A stretch of DNA of 64,000 bases from Pseudomonadota bacterium (GCA_030538605.1 JAUNTQ010000007.1:10259-74258), one strand, 5' to 3'; counted from the first letter of the stretch, positions 1 to 10,423 are shown. Numbers and translations are program-made. The notes: generated from the sequence alone by a model not told the origin.

Positions 1-59
1 TCGGTGCCAGCGCACCAGCGGGGCCGCGCTGGCGCCGCTGGGCACGCTGGCTGCCGCTG

Positions 60-533
60 GTGTTGCTGGGCGCGGGGCTCGTGCTGTTCTGGCCCCATCT
101 CGTCGCCAACTTCCGCCTGCTGTATCTGCTTCAGCACGTGGGCATACACGCGGCACTGGCCTGGCTTTTTGCCGCCAGCCTGCGGCCTGGCCGCACGCCG
201 CTGTGTACCGAGCTGGCGAGCTGGGTGCATGAAGACATCACCGTGCCCCGCCTGATGTGGTACACGCGCCAGGTGACCTGGGCCTGGGCGCTGTTTTTCG
301 CGGCGATGGTGCTGGCGTCGCTGGCTGTCTACGCCCTGGCGTCGCCGGGCGCGTGGACGTTTTTTTCGGCCGTGCTGGGGCCGCTTCTGACGGCGGCGAT
401 GTTCCTGGTCGAAAACCTGGCACGCACGTACTTTCTGCCGCCGCAGCACCGCCTGGGCCTGGCCAGCACCTGGCGCGCGGTGAATGCGCGCGTGGCGGGC
501 AAGCCTCGCCTGCCGCACACCGACCCGCCATGA
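60..533 (+). CDS. Hypothetical multi-pass membrane protein, first gene of the lipid/APE-like cluster (may start upstream of the window)
   Basis: 157-aa ORF with several hydrophobic helices; stop overlaps next start (ATGA at 530-533); same strand as the cluster. Confidence 0.4.
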   Translation: MLLGAGLVLFWPHLVANFRLLYLLQHVGIHAALAWLFAASLRPGRTPLCTELASWVHEDITVPRLMWYTRQVTWAWALFFAAMVLASLAVYALASPGAWTFFSAVLGPLLTAAMFLVENLARTYFLPPQHRLGLASTWRAVNARVAGKPRLPHTDPP

Positions 534-1867
534 CCGAGCTTCACCCGTTCAGCGAGCACCCCGCCGCCCATGTCATCGCGCACGGCGCTGCCGGGCCGGT
601 CACGGCAGGACAGCTGCATGCCGACGTGCACCGCCTGGCCGAGGCCATGCCGGCCAGCGCCTACGTGCTGAACATCTGCCAGGACCGCTACCGCTTCATG
701 GCGGGCCTGGGCGCGGCCTTGCTGGCGGGCCGCGTCACGCTCATGCCGTCCAGCTTCACGCCCGACATGCTGCGCAGGCTCCAGGCGCATTACCCCGGCA
801 TCCTCTGCCTGCACGATGGCCAGCCGCCGCCCATCGACATGGCCGCGTGGGCGCTGCCCGCCTTGGCAAGCGACGCGGCACCGGCCATGGACGCACCCAT
901 GCTGGACGCCGAGCAGGTGGCGGCCATCGTCTTCACCTCCGGCACCACCGGCGAGCCGACGGCCCACGCCAAGCACTGGGGCAAGCTGTGCGCCAACGGC
1001 GCATCGGAAGCGCAGCGCCTGGCCTGCGCGGGCATGGCCATCGTGGCGACGGTGCCGGCGCAGCACATGTATGGCTTCGAGTCGAGCGTGCTGCTGGCGC
1101 TGCATGGCGCAGCCAGCCTGTGGCGGCAGCGCCCCTTCTACCCGGCGGACATCCAGCAGGCGCTGCTGTCGGTGCCGCGCCCGCGCATGCTGGTGACCAC
1201 GCCGTTTCACTTGAACGCGCTGCTTTCCTCGGGCATTGCCCTGCCCCCATGCGATCTGCTGCTGTGCGCCACCGCGCCCTTGTCCACCGAGCTGGCGCAG
1301 CGCGCAGAGGCGGCGCTGGGCTGCCCGCTGCTGGAGATTTATGGCTGCACCGAAAGCGGCCAGGTGGCCAGCCGCCGCACCACCGAAGGCCCCACCTGGC
1401 AGCTGCTGGCGGGTGTGGGCATGCAGGCTGAAGCGGGTGCCGCATGGGTCAGCGGCGGGCATGTCGAAGGCCGCGTGCGGCTGTCCGACCACATCGAGCA
1501 CCTGGGTGGCGCGCACTTTCGCCTGGGCCAGCGCCACGCCGACATGGTGAACGTGGCCGGCAAGCGCGCATCGCTCGCGGCCCTGACGGCCCAACTGCTG
1601 ACCATCGAAGGCGTGGCCGACGGCTGTTACTTCCAGCCCGACGGTGATGCCACCGATGGCGTGCAGCGCCTGGCCGCACTGGTGGTGGCACCTAACTGCG
1701 ATGAAACCACCCTCATGGCCGCGCTGCGCCAGCGGGTGGATGCTGCCTTTCTGCCACGCCCCTTACTGAAAGTGCCGCGCCTGCCGCGCAACGCCACGGG
1801 CAAGCTGGCGGCCAAGGATGTGGCCGCGCTTTTCCGCACGCTGCACCCCCCAGCGCCGCGCGCATGA
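530..1867 (+). CDS. AMP-dependent synthetase/ligase (acyl-CoA/acyl-ACP ligase-like)
   Basis: Adenylation motif FTSGTTGEPTAHAKHW and C-terminal GKxA/RNATGK; ATG at 530 overlaps upstream stop. Confidence 0.8.
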   Translation: MTELHPFSEHPAAHVIAHGAAGPVTAGQLHADVHRLAEAMPASAYVLNICQDRYRFMAGLGAALLAGRVTLMPSSFTPDMLRRLQAHYPGILCLHDGQPPPIDMAAWALPALASDAAPAMDAPMLDAEQVAAIVFTSGTTGEPTAHAKHWGKLCANGASEAQRLACAGMAIVATVPAQHMYGFESSVLLALHGAASLWRQRPFYPADIQQALLSVPRPRMLVTTPFHLNALLSSGIALPPCDLLLCATAPLSTELAQRAEAALGCPLLEIYGCTESGQVASRRTTEGPTWQLLAGVGMQAEAGAAWVSGGHVEGRVRLSDHIEHLGGAHFRLGQRHADMVNVAGKRASLAALTAQLLTIEGVADGCYFQPDGDATDGVQRLAALVVAPNCDETTLMAALRQRVDAAFLPRPLLKVPRLPRNATGKLAAKDVAALFRTLHPPAPRA

Positions 1868-2202
1868 CCCACCCCACGCCCGACACCCCGGATGCGCCGC
1901 TGCTGGCGGAGTGGGTGGTGGCCCCCGAGCCGGGCGCTTTCGCCGAGCACTTTCCGGGCCACCCCATCGTCCCCGGCGCTTGTCTGCTGGACGCGGCGGT
2001 GGCCGGGGTGGAAGCAGCCAGCGGCCAGCGCGTGCGCGCCGTGACCGCGTGCAAGCTGCTGGCACCGGTGGCACCTGGCGAGCGCCTGCGCCTGCATGCG
2101 CACCTGTCGCAAGCGCAGGCGCGCTTCACGCTCACGCGCGGTGACGGCGTCGTCGCCAGCACCGGCACGCTGCGGCTGGAGACCAGCGATGCCACCACCT
2201 GA
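1864..2202 (+). CDS. FabA/FabZ-like hot-dog thioester dehydratase
   Basis: HFPGHPIVPGACLLDA motif typical of FabZ-type dehydratases; ATGA overlap with upstream ligase. Confidence 0.7.
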   Translation: MTHPTPDTPDAPLLAEWVVAPEPGAFAEHFPGHPIVPGACLLDAAVAGVEAASGQRVRAVTACKLLAPVAPGERLRLHAHLSQAQARFTLTRGDGVVASTGTLRLETSDATT

Positions 2203-3121
2203 GCCCGCGCCACCCACCCAGGCCAGCGCCTGGCGGCAGCAGCCCGAGCGCAGCTCCATGGCCGTGCTGCGGCTCATGACCTGGCTGTCGCTCACGCTGG
2301 GGCGGCGCGCCAGCCGCGTGCTGCTGTACCTGATCGCGGCGTATTTCGTGCTGTTTTCGCCCACCGCCAAGCGGGCCAGCCAGGACTATCTGCGCCGCGT
2401 GCTGGGCCGCCCGGCGCGCATCGGGGACGGCTTTCGCCATGTGCTCAGTTTTGCGTCAGTGACGCACGACCGCGTGTACTGGCTGCGCGGCCAGCAGGCG
2501 CTGTTCGACGTGCGCGTCAGCGGCGAGGCGCATGTGGCTGCGCTGCGGCAGGCGGGGCGCGGCGTCGTCTTCATGGGGGCGCACTTCGGCAGCTTCGAGG
2601 CCCTGCGCGTGCTGGGCGACCGGCATGGGCTGGACGTGCGCATGCTGATGTACCCCGACAACGCGCGCATGGTCACGCAGGCGCTGGCGGCCATCAACCC
2701 GGCCTTGCAGCAGAACGTGATCGCGCTGGGCGAGCCCGACGCCCTCTTGCGTGTGCGCGAACACGTCGACGCGGGCGGCTGCGTGGGCATTCTGGCCGAC
2801 CGGAACCTGCACGACGACGCGGGCAAGGCCTGCCGCATCGACTTTCTGGGCAGCCCGGTGATGTTCCCGCTCGGCCCGTTTCGCCTGGCCGCGCTGCTGC
2901 GCGCGCCCGTGGTGTTCATGGCAGGCGAATACCTCGGCGGCAACCGCTACCACCTGGTGTTCGACCCCATCGCCGACTTCGCCGCCACGCCGCGCGCGCA
3001 GCGTGACGCGGCCACCCGGCAGGCCATGCAGCGCTATGCCGCGCTGCTCGAAGCCCGGTGCATGCAGACCCCCTGGAACTGGTTTAACTTCTACGACTTC
3101 TGGCAGATTCCCCCAGAATGA
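2189..3121 (+). CDS. LpxL/HtrB-family (lysophospholipid/lipid A-type) acyltransferase
   Basis: Family-like sequence LYLIAAYFVLF...GVVFMGAHFGSFE; in-frame ATG at 2189 overlaps the dehydratase stop (an alternative start at about 2258 is possible). Confidence 0.65.
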   Translation: MPPPEPAPPTQASAWRQQPERSSMAVLRLMTWLSLTLGRRASRVLLYLIAAYFVLFSPTAKRASQDYLRRVLGRPARIGDGFRHVLSFASVTHDRVYWLRGQQALFDVRVSGEAHVAALRQAGRGVVFMGAHFGSFEALRVLGDRHGLDVRMLMYPDNARMVTQALAAINPALQQNVIALGEPDALLRVREHVDAGGCVGILADRNLHDDAGKACRIDFLGSPVMFPLGPFRLAALLRAPVVFMAGEYLGGNRYHLVFDPIADFAATPRAQRDAATRQAMQRYAALLEARCMQTPWNWFNFYDFWQIPPE

Positions 3122-3178
3122 ATTCAAGGCATTTTGGCTATTTCCGCCCGCCAAACAAGCGCAAACAGCTATTATTTA

Positions 3179-3775
3179 ATGAGCAAACATCTCCTGTTTT
3201 CAGCCCGCACCGCGCTCGCCGTGCTGGTGGCGCTCACCACCTGCCTGGCAGCGCGTGCGGCCCAGGCCGAGTGGAACCTGCCCACGCTCATGCAGCAGCT
3301 GGCGCAGCACCCCAGCGGACGCGCCAAGTTCACCGAAACCAGAACGCTGGCCGTGCTGACCGAGCCGGTCGTGAGCACCGGCGAGCTGGTCTTCAGCCCG
3401 CCCGACCGGCTGGAAAAGCACACGCTCAAGCCTGCCTCTGAGTCGCTGGTCGTCTCGGGCAATGACCTGGTGGTCACGCAGGGCGGCAAGCAGCGCGCGC
3501 TGCGCCTGCCGCAATACCCGCAGGTGCTGGCCTTCGTGGAGGCGCTGCGCGGCACGCTGGTGGGCAACCAGGCGCTGCTCCAGGCGCATTACGCGCTGGC
3601 GCTTTCCGGCACCGAAAGCGCCTGGCAACTGGTGCTGACGCCGCTGGATGACCAGCTCAGACGCCAGGTGAGCCAGATCACCGTGCACGGCGCGCGCAAC
3701 CAGGTCTTGCGCGTGCAGACGCTGCAAGCCGATGGCGACAAGTCGCTCATCACCATCGAGCCCGCCGCCCGCTGA
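3179..3775 (+). CDS. LolA-like outer-membrane lipoprotein carrier family protein
   Basis: Signal peptide MSKHLLFSARTALAVLVALTTCLAARAA; LolA-like size and position, as in APE clusters. Confidence 0.6.
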   Translation: MSKHLLFSARTALAVLVALTTCLAARAAQAEWNLPTLMQQLAQHPSGRAKFTETRTLAVLTEPVVSTGELVFSPPDRLEKHTLKPASESLVVSGNDLVVTQGGKQRALRLPQYPQVLAFVEALRGTLVGNQALLQAHYALALSGTESAWQLVLTPLDDQLRRQVSQITVHGARNQVLRVQTLQADGDKSLITIEPAAR

Positions 3776-3777
3776 CC

Positions 3778-6144
3778 GTGCCCGCTTTTTCTTCTCGCAC
3801 CGCTGGGGTGCTGGCGCTTTGGCTGCTGCTGATCGGGCTGGGCGTGGCCATGGTTCAGGGCGCGCGCTATGTCACCGACATGTCGGCGTTCCTGCCGCAA
3901 AACCCCGACCGCCACCAGCGCCTGCTGGTCGACCAGATCAAGGACGGCGCGCTCTCGCGCCTGCTGCTCATCGGGCTGGAAGGCGGCAGCGCCGCCGAGC
4001 GCGCCGACACCTCGCGCGCGCTGGCCGAACGGCTGCGCGCCGACCCGGCCTTCAGCGCCGTCGTCAACGGCGACGAAGCCAGCCAGGCGCGCGACCACAC
4101 GCTGCTGATGCAGCAGCGCTACGCCCTCAGCCCGCGCGTGGACAGCGAGCGCTTCACCCCTGCCGGCCTGCACGCGGCCTTGCAAGACTCGGTGACGGCG
4201 TTGAGCGGCTCTGCCGGCATGCTGCTGCGGGGCGTTTTTGCGCGCGACCCGACGGGCGAGCTGCTCGCCCAGCTCGACCGCGTCAGCGCGGGGCACACGC
4301 CCGCCAGCCGCGAAGGCGTGTGGGCCACGCCAACCGGCGACATGGCGCTGATGATGGCCCTGAGCGCCGCGCCCGGCACCGACACCGATGCGCAAGAGCG
4401 GCTGCTGCACACGCTGGCAGAGGCGTTCACGCACGCCCGCGCGTCTGATGCGGTGGCGCTGCGCGTGTCGGGCGCGCCGGTGTTTTCCGTGGAGGCGCGC
4501 CGCACCATCCGCAACGAGGTCAAGCGGCTGTCGCTGCTGGGCGGCCTCACCGTGTTTGCGCTCATGCTGGTGTTCTACCGCTCGCTGCGCAACGTGGCCA
4601 TCGGGCTGGTGCCGGTGGCCTCGGGCATCGTGGCGGCCATCGCGGCGGTGGCGCTGGGCTTCGATGCCGTGCATGCCGTCACCATCGGCTTTGGCACCAC
4701 CTTGATGGGCGAGACCATCGACTACAGCATCTATTACCTGGTGCAAGCGGACGACAAAGGCCGCTCAGGCGACTGGCGGCGGCAATGCTGGCCCACCATC
4801 CGGCTGGGCATGCTGACCTCGGTGTGCGGCTTTGCCGCCCTCACCTTCTCCAGCTTTCCGGGGCTGGCGCAACTGGGGGTGTATTCGGTGGCCGGGCTGC
4901 TCACCGCCGCTGCCGTCACCCGCTACGTGCTGCCCGTGCTGCCCCGCGCGCCGGTGCCGCCGGGCAACATCCGCTGGGTGGGCCTGCGCATGGCAGCGCT
5001 GCACCGGCTCGCCCAGCGCCTGCGCTGGCCCGCGCTGGGCCTGGCCGTGGCCGCGCTGCTGCTGGTGGCGGGTCAGCGCCACGCCTTGTGGGCCGAGGGC
5101 CTGGCGGGGCTGAACCCCGCGCCGCTGTCCTTGCAGGCGCTGGATGCGCGCCTGCGGCACGAAGCGGGCGCACCCGACATGCGGCACCTGGTGGTGGTAT
5201 CGGCCCTCAGTGCAGATGAGGCGCTGGCCGCCGCCGAGCGTGCCGAGGTGCTGCTCGCGCCCTGGCTGACCAAGGGCGTCATCGCGCGCATCGACAGTCC
5301 GGCGCACTTTCTGCCCAGCGCCGCCACCCAGGCAGCACGCCGCGCCGCGCTGCCCGCGCCTGACGAGCTGCGCCAGCGCCTACGGCAGGCCACCTCGGGC
5401 CTGCCCGTGGCACCCGAGCGCCTGGAGCCCTTCATCGCCGACGTGGCCGAGGCCCGGCAGGCCCCGCCGCTGACGCCCGAAACACTGCGCGGCAGCAGCT
5501 TCGGCTTTGCCCTGCAAACCCTGCTGCTGCCCCGGGCCGGCGGCCATGCGGCCCTGCTGCCCGTGCATCTGGCGGGCGATGTCGATCTGGCCCGGCTGCA
5601 CAAGGAGATCGGCCAGGCGCTGGCCGCAAGCGATCTGCCAGACGCCTTGTTCGTTGACCTCGACACGCAGACCGCCGAGATGTTCGGCACGTATCTGAGC
5701 GAAGCGCTGGTCTTCACCGGGCTGGGGGCGCTGGCCATCGTGGGCGTGCTGGGCGTGGCGCTGCGCAGCCCCGGGCGGCTGGCGCGCGTGCTGCTGCCGC
5801 TGGCAGGCGCGGTGGTGCTGGTGATGGCCGCGCACCTGCTGGCGGGCACGCGGCTGACGCTCTTGCACCTGATCGGGCTGCTGCTGATCGTGGCCGTGGG
5901 CTCCAACTACGCCCTGTTTTTCGAGCAGAACTTCTCCCGCCCCGGCCCCGCCATGACGCCCGCGCAAACCACCGCGCTGGCCTCACTGGCGCTGGCCAAT
6001 CTGTCCACCATGATCGGCTTTGGCGTGCTGGGGCTGTCAGAGGTGCCGGTGCTGCACGCCATGGGCACCACCGTCGGCCCCGGCGCGCTGCTGGCGCTGC
6101 TGCTGGCCATGGCCTGGTCGCCGCGCGCACCGCTTCGAGGCTAA
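3778..6144 (+). CDS. MMPL/RND-superfamily exporter
   Basis: 788 aa with two TM bundles plus periplasmic domains; GTG start directly after the LolA-like stop. Confidence 0.8.
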   Translation: MPAFSSRTAGVLALWLLLIGLGVAMVQGARYVTDMSAFLPQNPDRHQRLLVDQIKDGALSRLLLIGLEGGSAAERADTSRALAERLRADPAFSAVVNGDEASQARDHTLLMQQRYALSPRVDSERFTPAGLHAALQDSVTALSGSAGMLLRGVFARDPTGELLAQLDRVSAGHTPASREGVWATPTGDMALMMALSAAPGTDTDAQERLLHTLAEAFTHARASDAVALRVSGAPVFSVEARRTIRNEVKRLSLLGGLTVFALMLVFYRSLRNVAIGLVPVASGIVAAIAAVALGFDAVHAVTIGFGTTLMGETIDYSIYYLVQADDKGRSGDWRRQCWPTIRLGMLTSVCGFAALTFSSFPGLAQLGVYSVAGLLTAAAVTRYVLPVLPRAPVPPGNIRWVGLRMAALHRLAQRLRWPALGLAVAALLLVAGQRHALWAEGLAGLNPAPLSLQALDARLRHEAGAPDMRHLVVVSALSADEALAAAERAEVLLAPWLTKGVIARIDSPAHFLPSAATQAARRAALPAPDELRQRLRQATSGLPVAPERLEPFIADVAEARQAPPLTPETLRGSSFGFALQTLLLPRAGGHAALLPVHLAGDVDLARLHKEIGQALAASDLPDALFVDLDTQTAEMFGTYLSEALVFTGLGALAIVGVLGVALRSPGRLARVLLPLAGAVVLVMAAHLLAGTRLTLLHLIGLLLIVAVGSNYALFFEQNFSRPGPAMTPAQTTALASLALANLSTMIGFGVLGLSEVPVLHAMGTTVGPGALLALLLAMAWSPRAPLRG

Positions 6145-6193
6145 GTCTCGCGCAAGGTCGCCCCCCTAAAATAGCCCGGTGTACGACTGAACA

Positions 6194-6227
6194 AAGGCCA
6201 CGCGGGGCTGCGATGGCCGTTTTTTTT
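6194..6227 (+). terminator. Possible weak intrinsic terminator/attenuator after the MMPL gene
   Basis: GGCCACGCGGGGCTGCGATGGCC stem followed by T8 immediately before the ATG of the next gene. Confidence 0.3.
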
Positions 6228-6228
6228 C

Positions 6229-7590
6229 ATGCAAGACAGTAGCCAGGGCGCGCCCACTTCCGACACCACCCGCGCCATGACATGCGATGTGCTGGTCATC
6301 GGCGGCGGGCCTGCGGGCAGCACCGCCGCCACCTTGCTGGCGCGCCAGGGGCACGATGTGCTGCTGCTCGACAAGGACGCCCACCCCCGTTTTCACATTG
6401 GCGAATCGCTGCTGCCGGCCAACCTGCCGCTGTTCGAGCGGCTGGGCGTGGCCGACGAGGTGCGCGCCATCGGCATGCCCAAGTTCGGTGCCGAGTTCAT
6501 GTCGCCCTGGCACGGCTTCAAGCAGACCTTCGAGTTTGCCGAGGCGTGGAACAAGCAGCTGCCCCATGCCTACCAGGTGCGCCGCTCCGCGTTCGACCAG
6601 ATCCTGCTGGCCAACGCCGCCAAGGCCGGCGCACGCGTGGTGCAACGCTGCAAGGTGGAGCACGTCGATCTGGACGCCTCGCCCGCGCACGCCCAGGCGC
6701 GCGCACGCGATACCGAAGGCCACACACTGGACGTGCGCGCGCGTTTCGTCATCGACGCCTCGGGGCGCGACACCTTTCTGGCCAGCCGCCTCAAGCTCAA
6801 ACACAAGAACCCACACCACAACAGCGTGGCCGTGTTCACCCATTTCGAGGGCGCGCGCCGCAACGAAGGCCGGGCCGAAGGCAACATCACCATCTTCTGG
6901 TTCGACCACGGCTGGTTCTGGTTCATCCCGCTGCAGGACGGCGCCACCAGCGTGGGCATGGTGACCTGGCCGCACTTCATGCGCACGCGCGGCGAGCGCG
7001 ATCTGAGCCGCTTTCTGATGGACGGCATTGCCCTGTGCCCGCCGCTGGCCGCGCAGCTGCAAGGCGCGCGCATCGTCCACCCCCCCGAGGCCACAGGCAA
7101 CTTCTCGTACCAGAGCGAGCGCACCCACGGGCGCAACTACGCGCTGCTGGGCGACGCCTATGCCTTCATCGACCCCGTGTTCTCCTCCGGCGTGATGCTG
7201 GCCATGCAGGGCGGCTTTGACGGCGCAGAGGCCGTGCACGCCTGGCTGGGCGCGGCATCGCCCGCGCAGCAGCAGGCCGCGCTGGCCCGGCTCGACCAGC
7301 GCCTGCGCCACGGCCCACGCGAGTTCTCGTGGTTCATCTACCGCATGACCAACCCGGCCATGCGCGACCTGTTCATGGGCCCGCGCAACACGCTGCGCAT
7401 GAAAGAAGCGCTGCTGTCGCTGCTGGCCGGCGACATCTACGGCCACACGCCCATCTGGCGTTCGCTGCGCGCGTTCAAGGCCGTGTACTACGCCAACACG
7501 CTGCTGCACCTGCCGCGCTCGGTGCGCGCGTGGCGCCAGCGCCAGCGCAACATGCGCACGCACGACGACGGCCTTGCGCCGCGCGCCTGA
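6229..7590 (+). CDS. FAD-dependent oxidoreductase, tryptophan-halogenase-like
   Basis: Rossmann motif VLVIGGGPAGSTAATLLARQGHDVLLLDKD; halogenase/geranylgeranyl-reductase-like length. Confidence 0.75.
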   Translation: MQDSSQGAPTSDTTRAMTCDVLVIGGGPAGSTAATLLARQGHDVLLLDKDAHPRFHIGESLLPANLPLFERLGVADEVRAIGMPKFGAEFMSPWHGFKQTFEFAEAWNKQLPHAYQVRRSAFDQILLANAAKAGARVVQRCKVEHVDLDASPAHAQARARDTEGHTLDVRARFVIDASGRDTFLASRLKLKHKNPHHNSVAVFTHFEGARRNEGRAEGNITIFWFDHGWFWFIPLQDGATSVGMVTWPHFMRTRGERDLSRFLMDGIALCPPLAAQLQGARIVHPPEATGNFSYQSERTHGRNYALLGDAYAFIDPVFSSGVMLAMQGGFDGAEAVHAWLGAASPAQQQAALARLDQRLRHGPREFSWFIYRMTNPAMRDLFMGPRNTLRMKEALLSLLAGDIYGHTPIWRSLRAFKAVYYANTLLHLPRSVRAWRQRQRNMRTHDDGLAPRA

Positions 7591-8399
7591 TGCGCCCCGC
7601 CACCGTCCGCATGGCCCCCGCCAACGTTCTGGCCGCCACCTGGCAGCGCGTGCGCGAAAGCGTGGCCATGGTGCTGGGCCTGGGCCTGCTGGCGCTGCTG
7701 TGCCTGGCGTGGACGCCATTCGCCCTGCTGCTGAAGCCACTGCTGCCCAGGACGCTCGGCGCGCGCATCGGGCGCGGGGCCATCCGCACCGTGTTTCGCA
7801 TCTACGTGGCGCTGCTGCGCCTGCTGTGCGGCTGCCGGTTTGATCTGGCCGCGCTTGACGCGCTGGCGCACCAGCCGGGGCCGATGGTGGTGGTGGCCAA
7901 CCACCCTTCGCTGCTCGACGCGGTGCTGCTCGTCTCGCGCCTGCCCAACGCCGTGTGCATCATGAAAGCCAGCCTCATGCGCAACCTGCTGCTGGGCGCA
8001 GGTTCGCGGCTGGCGCGCTACATCGTCAACGACGCGCCCCTGCCCATGATCCGCCGCGCCATCGCCGAGTTGCAAGGCGGCGACGCGCGGCTCGTCATCT
8101 TTCCCGAAGGCACGCGCACCGCCCAGCCGCCGGTAGACGTCTGCACCGCCACGGCGGGGCTGATCGCCGCGCGCGCCGGCGTACCGGTGCAAGTGGTGGC
8201 CATCGAGATGAGCAGCCCTTACCTGGGCAAGAGCTGGCCGCTGTTCAGGCCGCCGCGCCTGCCGCTCACGGTGCGCGTGCGCCACGTGACCGAGTGGCAG
8301 GTGGGCGGCGCGCAGGCCGCACACTTCGGCACCGACGTGCGCGCCCTGCTCACGCGCGAGCTGGCCCACAGCGCCGCCGCCCCGCAAAACCATGCCTGA
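7590..8399 (+). CDS. 1-acyl-sn-glycerol-3-phosphate acyltransferase (PlsC family)
   Basis: HX4D motif ANHPSLLD and FPEGTR motif; ATGA overlap with upstream gene. Confidence 0.7.
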   Translation: MRPATVRMAPANVLAATWQRVRESVAMVLGLGLLALLCLAWTPFALLLKPLLPRTLGARIGRGAIRTVFRIYVALLRLLCGCRFDLAALDALAHQPGPMVVVANHPSLLDAVLLVSRLPNAVCIMKASLMRNLLLGAGSRLARYIVNDAPLPMIRRAIAELQGGDARLVIFPEGTRTAQPPVDVCTATAGLIAARAGVPVQVVAIEMSSPYLGKSWPLFRPPRLPLTVRVRHVTEWQVGGAQAAHFGTDVRALLTRELAHSAAAPQNHA

Positions 8400-9156
8400 G
8401 CCCAGCCGCACCCACCTGGTGCTCATCCCCAGCTACAACCCCGGCGCCAAGCTCATCGACACGGTGCGCGCCGCATGCGCGCAGTGGGCGCCGGTGTGGG
8501 TGGTGGTCGACGGCAGCACCGACGGCAGCGCAGAGGTGTTGCGCACGCTGGCCGACGAATGCGAACACCTGCGCGTCATCGTCAAGCCCGTCAACCAGGG
8601 CAAGGGCGCAGCCGTGCTCACCGGCATCGAAGCCGCCGCGCGCGAGGGCTTCACGCACGCGCTGACGATGGACTCCGACGGCCAGCACCCGGCAGACCTC
8701 ATCCCCACCTTCATGCAGGCCTCTCAACAGCGGCCCGAGGCCATGGTGCTGGGCGTGCCCCAGTTCGGCCCCGAAGCGCCGCGCATCCGCGTGCTGGGCC
8801 GCAAGATCAGCAACGGTTGGGCCAACCTGGAAACGCTGGGCGTGGGCATTGGCGACTCGCTCTACGGCTTTCGCGTCTACCCCATCGCGCCGCTCGCGCG
8901 CGTCATGCGCGGCCAGCGCTTCATGCGCCGCTTCGACTTCGACCCCGAAGCCGCCGTGCGCCTGGCCTGGGCAGGCGTGCCCCCCCTCAACCTGCCCGCC
9001 CCCGTGCGCTACTTCACGGCAGAAGAAGGCGGCGTGTCGCACTTCAAATACCTGCGCGACAACACCCTGCTGACGTGGATGCACACGCGCCTGTTCGCGG
9101 GCTTTTTGCTGCGGCTGCCGCTGCTGGCGTGGCGGCGTGTTTCAATAAAAAGATAG
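8392..9156 (+). CDS. Family 2 glycosyltransferase
   Basis: LVLIPSYNPGAKL...VVVDGSTDGSAEVL GT2 signature; its last 48 codons are duplicated at 27557-27691. Confidence 0.75.
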   Translation: MPEPSRTHLVLIPSYNPGAKLIDTVRAACAQWAPVWVVVDGSTDGSAEVLRTLADECEHLRVIVKPVNQGKGAAVLTGIEAAAREGFTHALTMDSDGQHPADLIPTFMQASQQRPEAMVLGVPQFGPEAPRIRVLGRKISNGWANLETLGVGIGDSLYGFRVYPIAPLARVMRGQRFMRRFDFDPEAAVRLAWAGVPPLNLPAPVRYFTAEEGGVSHFKYLRDNTLLTWMHTRLFAGFLLRLPLLAWRRVSIKR

Positions 9157-9248
9157 CTGCTTGCGCATGTATTTAATATGTTTAAGATTATTTAATATAT
9201 TAAACCTAATAAATACATTCGCAAGCAGCTACTCTTTTCATTTTTCTG
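9153..9248. repeat. Palindromic AT-loop element copy 1 (probable bidirectional terminator)
   Basis: 21-bp stem AGCTGCTTGCGCATGTATTTA / TAAATACATTCGCAAGCAGCT around a 34-nt AT-rich loop, with A-run upstream and T-run downstream; sits at the GT2 stop codon. Confidence 0.7.
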
Positions 9249-9375
9249 GGTGAGCGGCCATGCTCAGCCCGCCATGCAGTGGCAAGCTTGTCACGGTGTT
9301 TGCCTGCGGCTTTGCGGCCTACCATGAGGCCACTCATCCATGCCCAAGGCATTTCCTCCCCACAGCCATAGAGCC

Positions 9376-10416
9376 ATGCAAACTCTCAGCTACCACCTCA
9401 GCTTCAACACCCCCGCCTTCATGGGCAATGCGCAGCAATCTGCGCAGTGGCGCACACCCCCCATCAAGGCCCTGCTGCGCCAATGGTGGCGGGTGGCGGT
9501 GGCCTGGCAAATCGACTACGACGTAGAAAAGCTGCGCGAGCGCGAGAACGCCTTGTTTGGCGTGGCGGCTGATGGTGACAAGTCGAGCAAGAGCCTTGTG
9601 CGGCTGCGCCTGAGCCATTGGAGTAAAGGCAAGCTCGAAGACTGGCCACGACATGGCACGGTCTTCCACCCGGAAGTCAAGAATAGCCATATCGGCAGCG
9701 ACCTCTACCTCGGCTTTGGGCCGCTGGGGTACACGGGTGCCACCACCATCAAGCACAAGCCCGCCATTCACGCTGGCGACAGTGCCACCCTCCGCCTGTC
9801 CATGCCTGAAGAACATGCCCAGGACATCGCCACCGCCCTGTGGCTGATGCACCAGTACGCCGCCTTGGGCGGGCGCAGCCGCAATGGCTGGGGATCGCTT
9901 TGCCTGACACCTGCCGACGAGCACACACCCCCATTGCAAGGGCGCCCGATAAAGGAATGGACACGCGATTGGAACAAGGCGCTGACGCTGGACTGGCCGC
10001 ACGCCATCGGCCATGATGCGCACGGCCTGCTCGTGTGGAAAACCCGCCCCTTTGCCGACTGGCCACAACTGATACAGGAACTGGCGCGCCTGAAGATCGC
10101 ACTGCGCACGCAACAGTTCAAGTTCACCACCGGCAAGAACGCCCCCAGGCCGGAAGATCGCCACTGGCTCAGCTACCCCGTCACCAACCATTCAGTGGGA
10201 AGCTGGGGCGGCAGCCTCCGCCTGCCCAACAGCCTGCGCTTCAAGGTGCGCGCAGCCCCGGAAAACCCCGAGCAAGTCATCGGCGTGATCTTCCACATGC
10301 CCTGCCTGCCGCCCGACGCCTTCAAGCCCGACACCACAGCAATCACCCGCGTCTGGCAGCAGGTACACCAGCTCCTCGACAAACCCGAGCAAGCGCTCAA
10401 CCGCATTGACGCCTGA
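9376..10416 (+). CDS. cmr1: Cmr1 (type III-B RAMP)
   Basis: RAMP N-terminus MQTLSYHLSFNTPAFMGNA and G-rich loop GGRSRNGWGS; an alternative start at 9340 is possible. Confidence 0.7.
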   Translation: MQTLSYHLSFNTPAFMGNAQQSAQWRTPPIKALLRQWWRVAVAWQIDYDVEKLRERENALFGVAADGDKSSKSLVRLRLSHWSKGKLEDWPRHGTVFHPEVKNSHIGSDLYLGFGPLGYTGATTIKHKPAIHAGDSATLRLSMPEEHAQDIATALWLMHQYAALGGRSRNGWGSLCLTPADEHTPPLQGRPIKEWTRDWNKALTLDWPHAIGHDAHGLLVWKTRPFADWPQLIQELARLKIALRTQQFKFTTGKNAPRPEDRHWLSYPVTNHSVGSWGGSLRLPNSLRFKVRAAPENPEQVIGVIFHMPCLPPDAFKPDTTAITRVWQQVHQLLDKPEQALNRIDA

Positions 10417-10423
10417 GGCCCGC

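Noticed and set aside
329-1594. Long antisense ORF (421 aa), with many similar ORFs throughout (for example 3589-4746, 5073-5906, 6166-7740, 10925-12232, 13273-14640, 14925-16604, 33601-34392, 36613-38457)
   Set aside because: These have Arg/Gly/Ala/Pro-rich low-complexity translations typical of off-frame reading in about 68%-GC DNA. They overlap well-supported domain-bearing genes on the other strand or frame.
9260-9526. 88-aa ORF between the palindromic element and cmr1
   Set aside because: It overlaps the better-supported cmr1 start region, has no RBS and shows no conservation signal. It is probably the promoter/leader region of the cmr operon.
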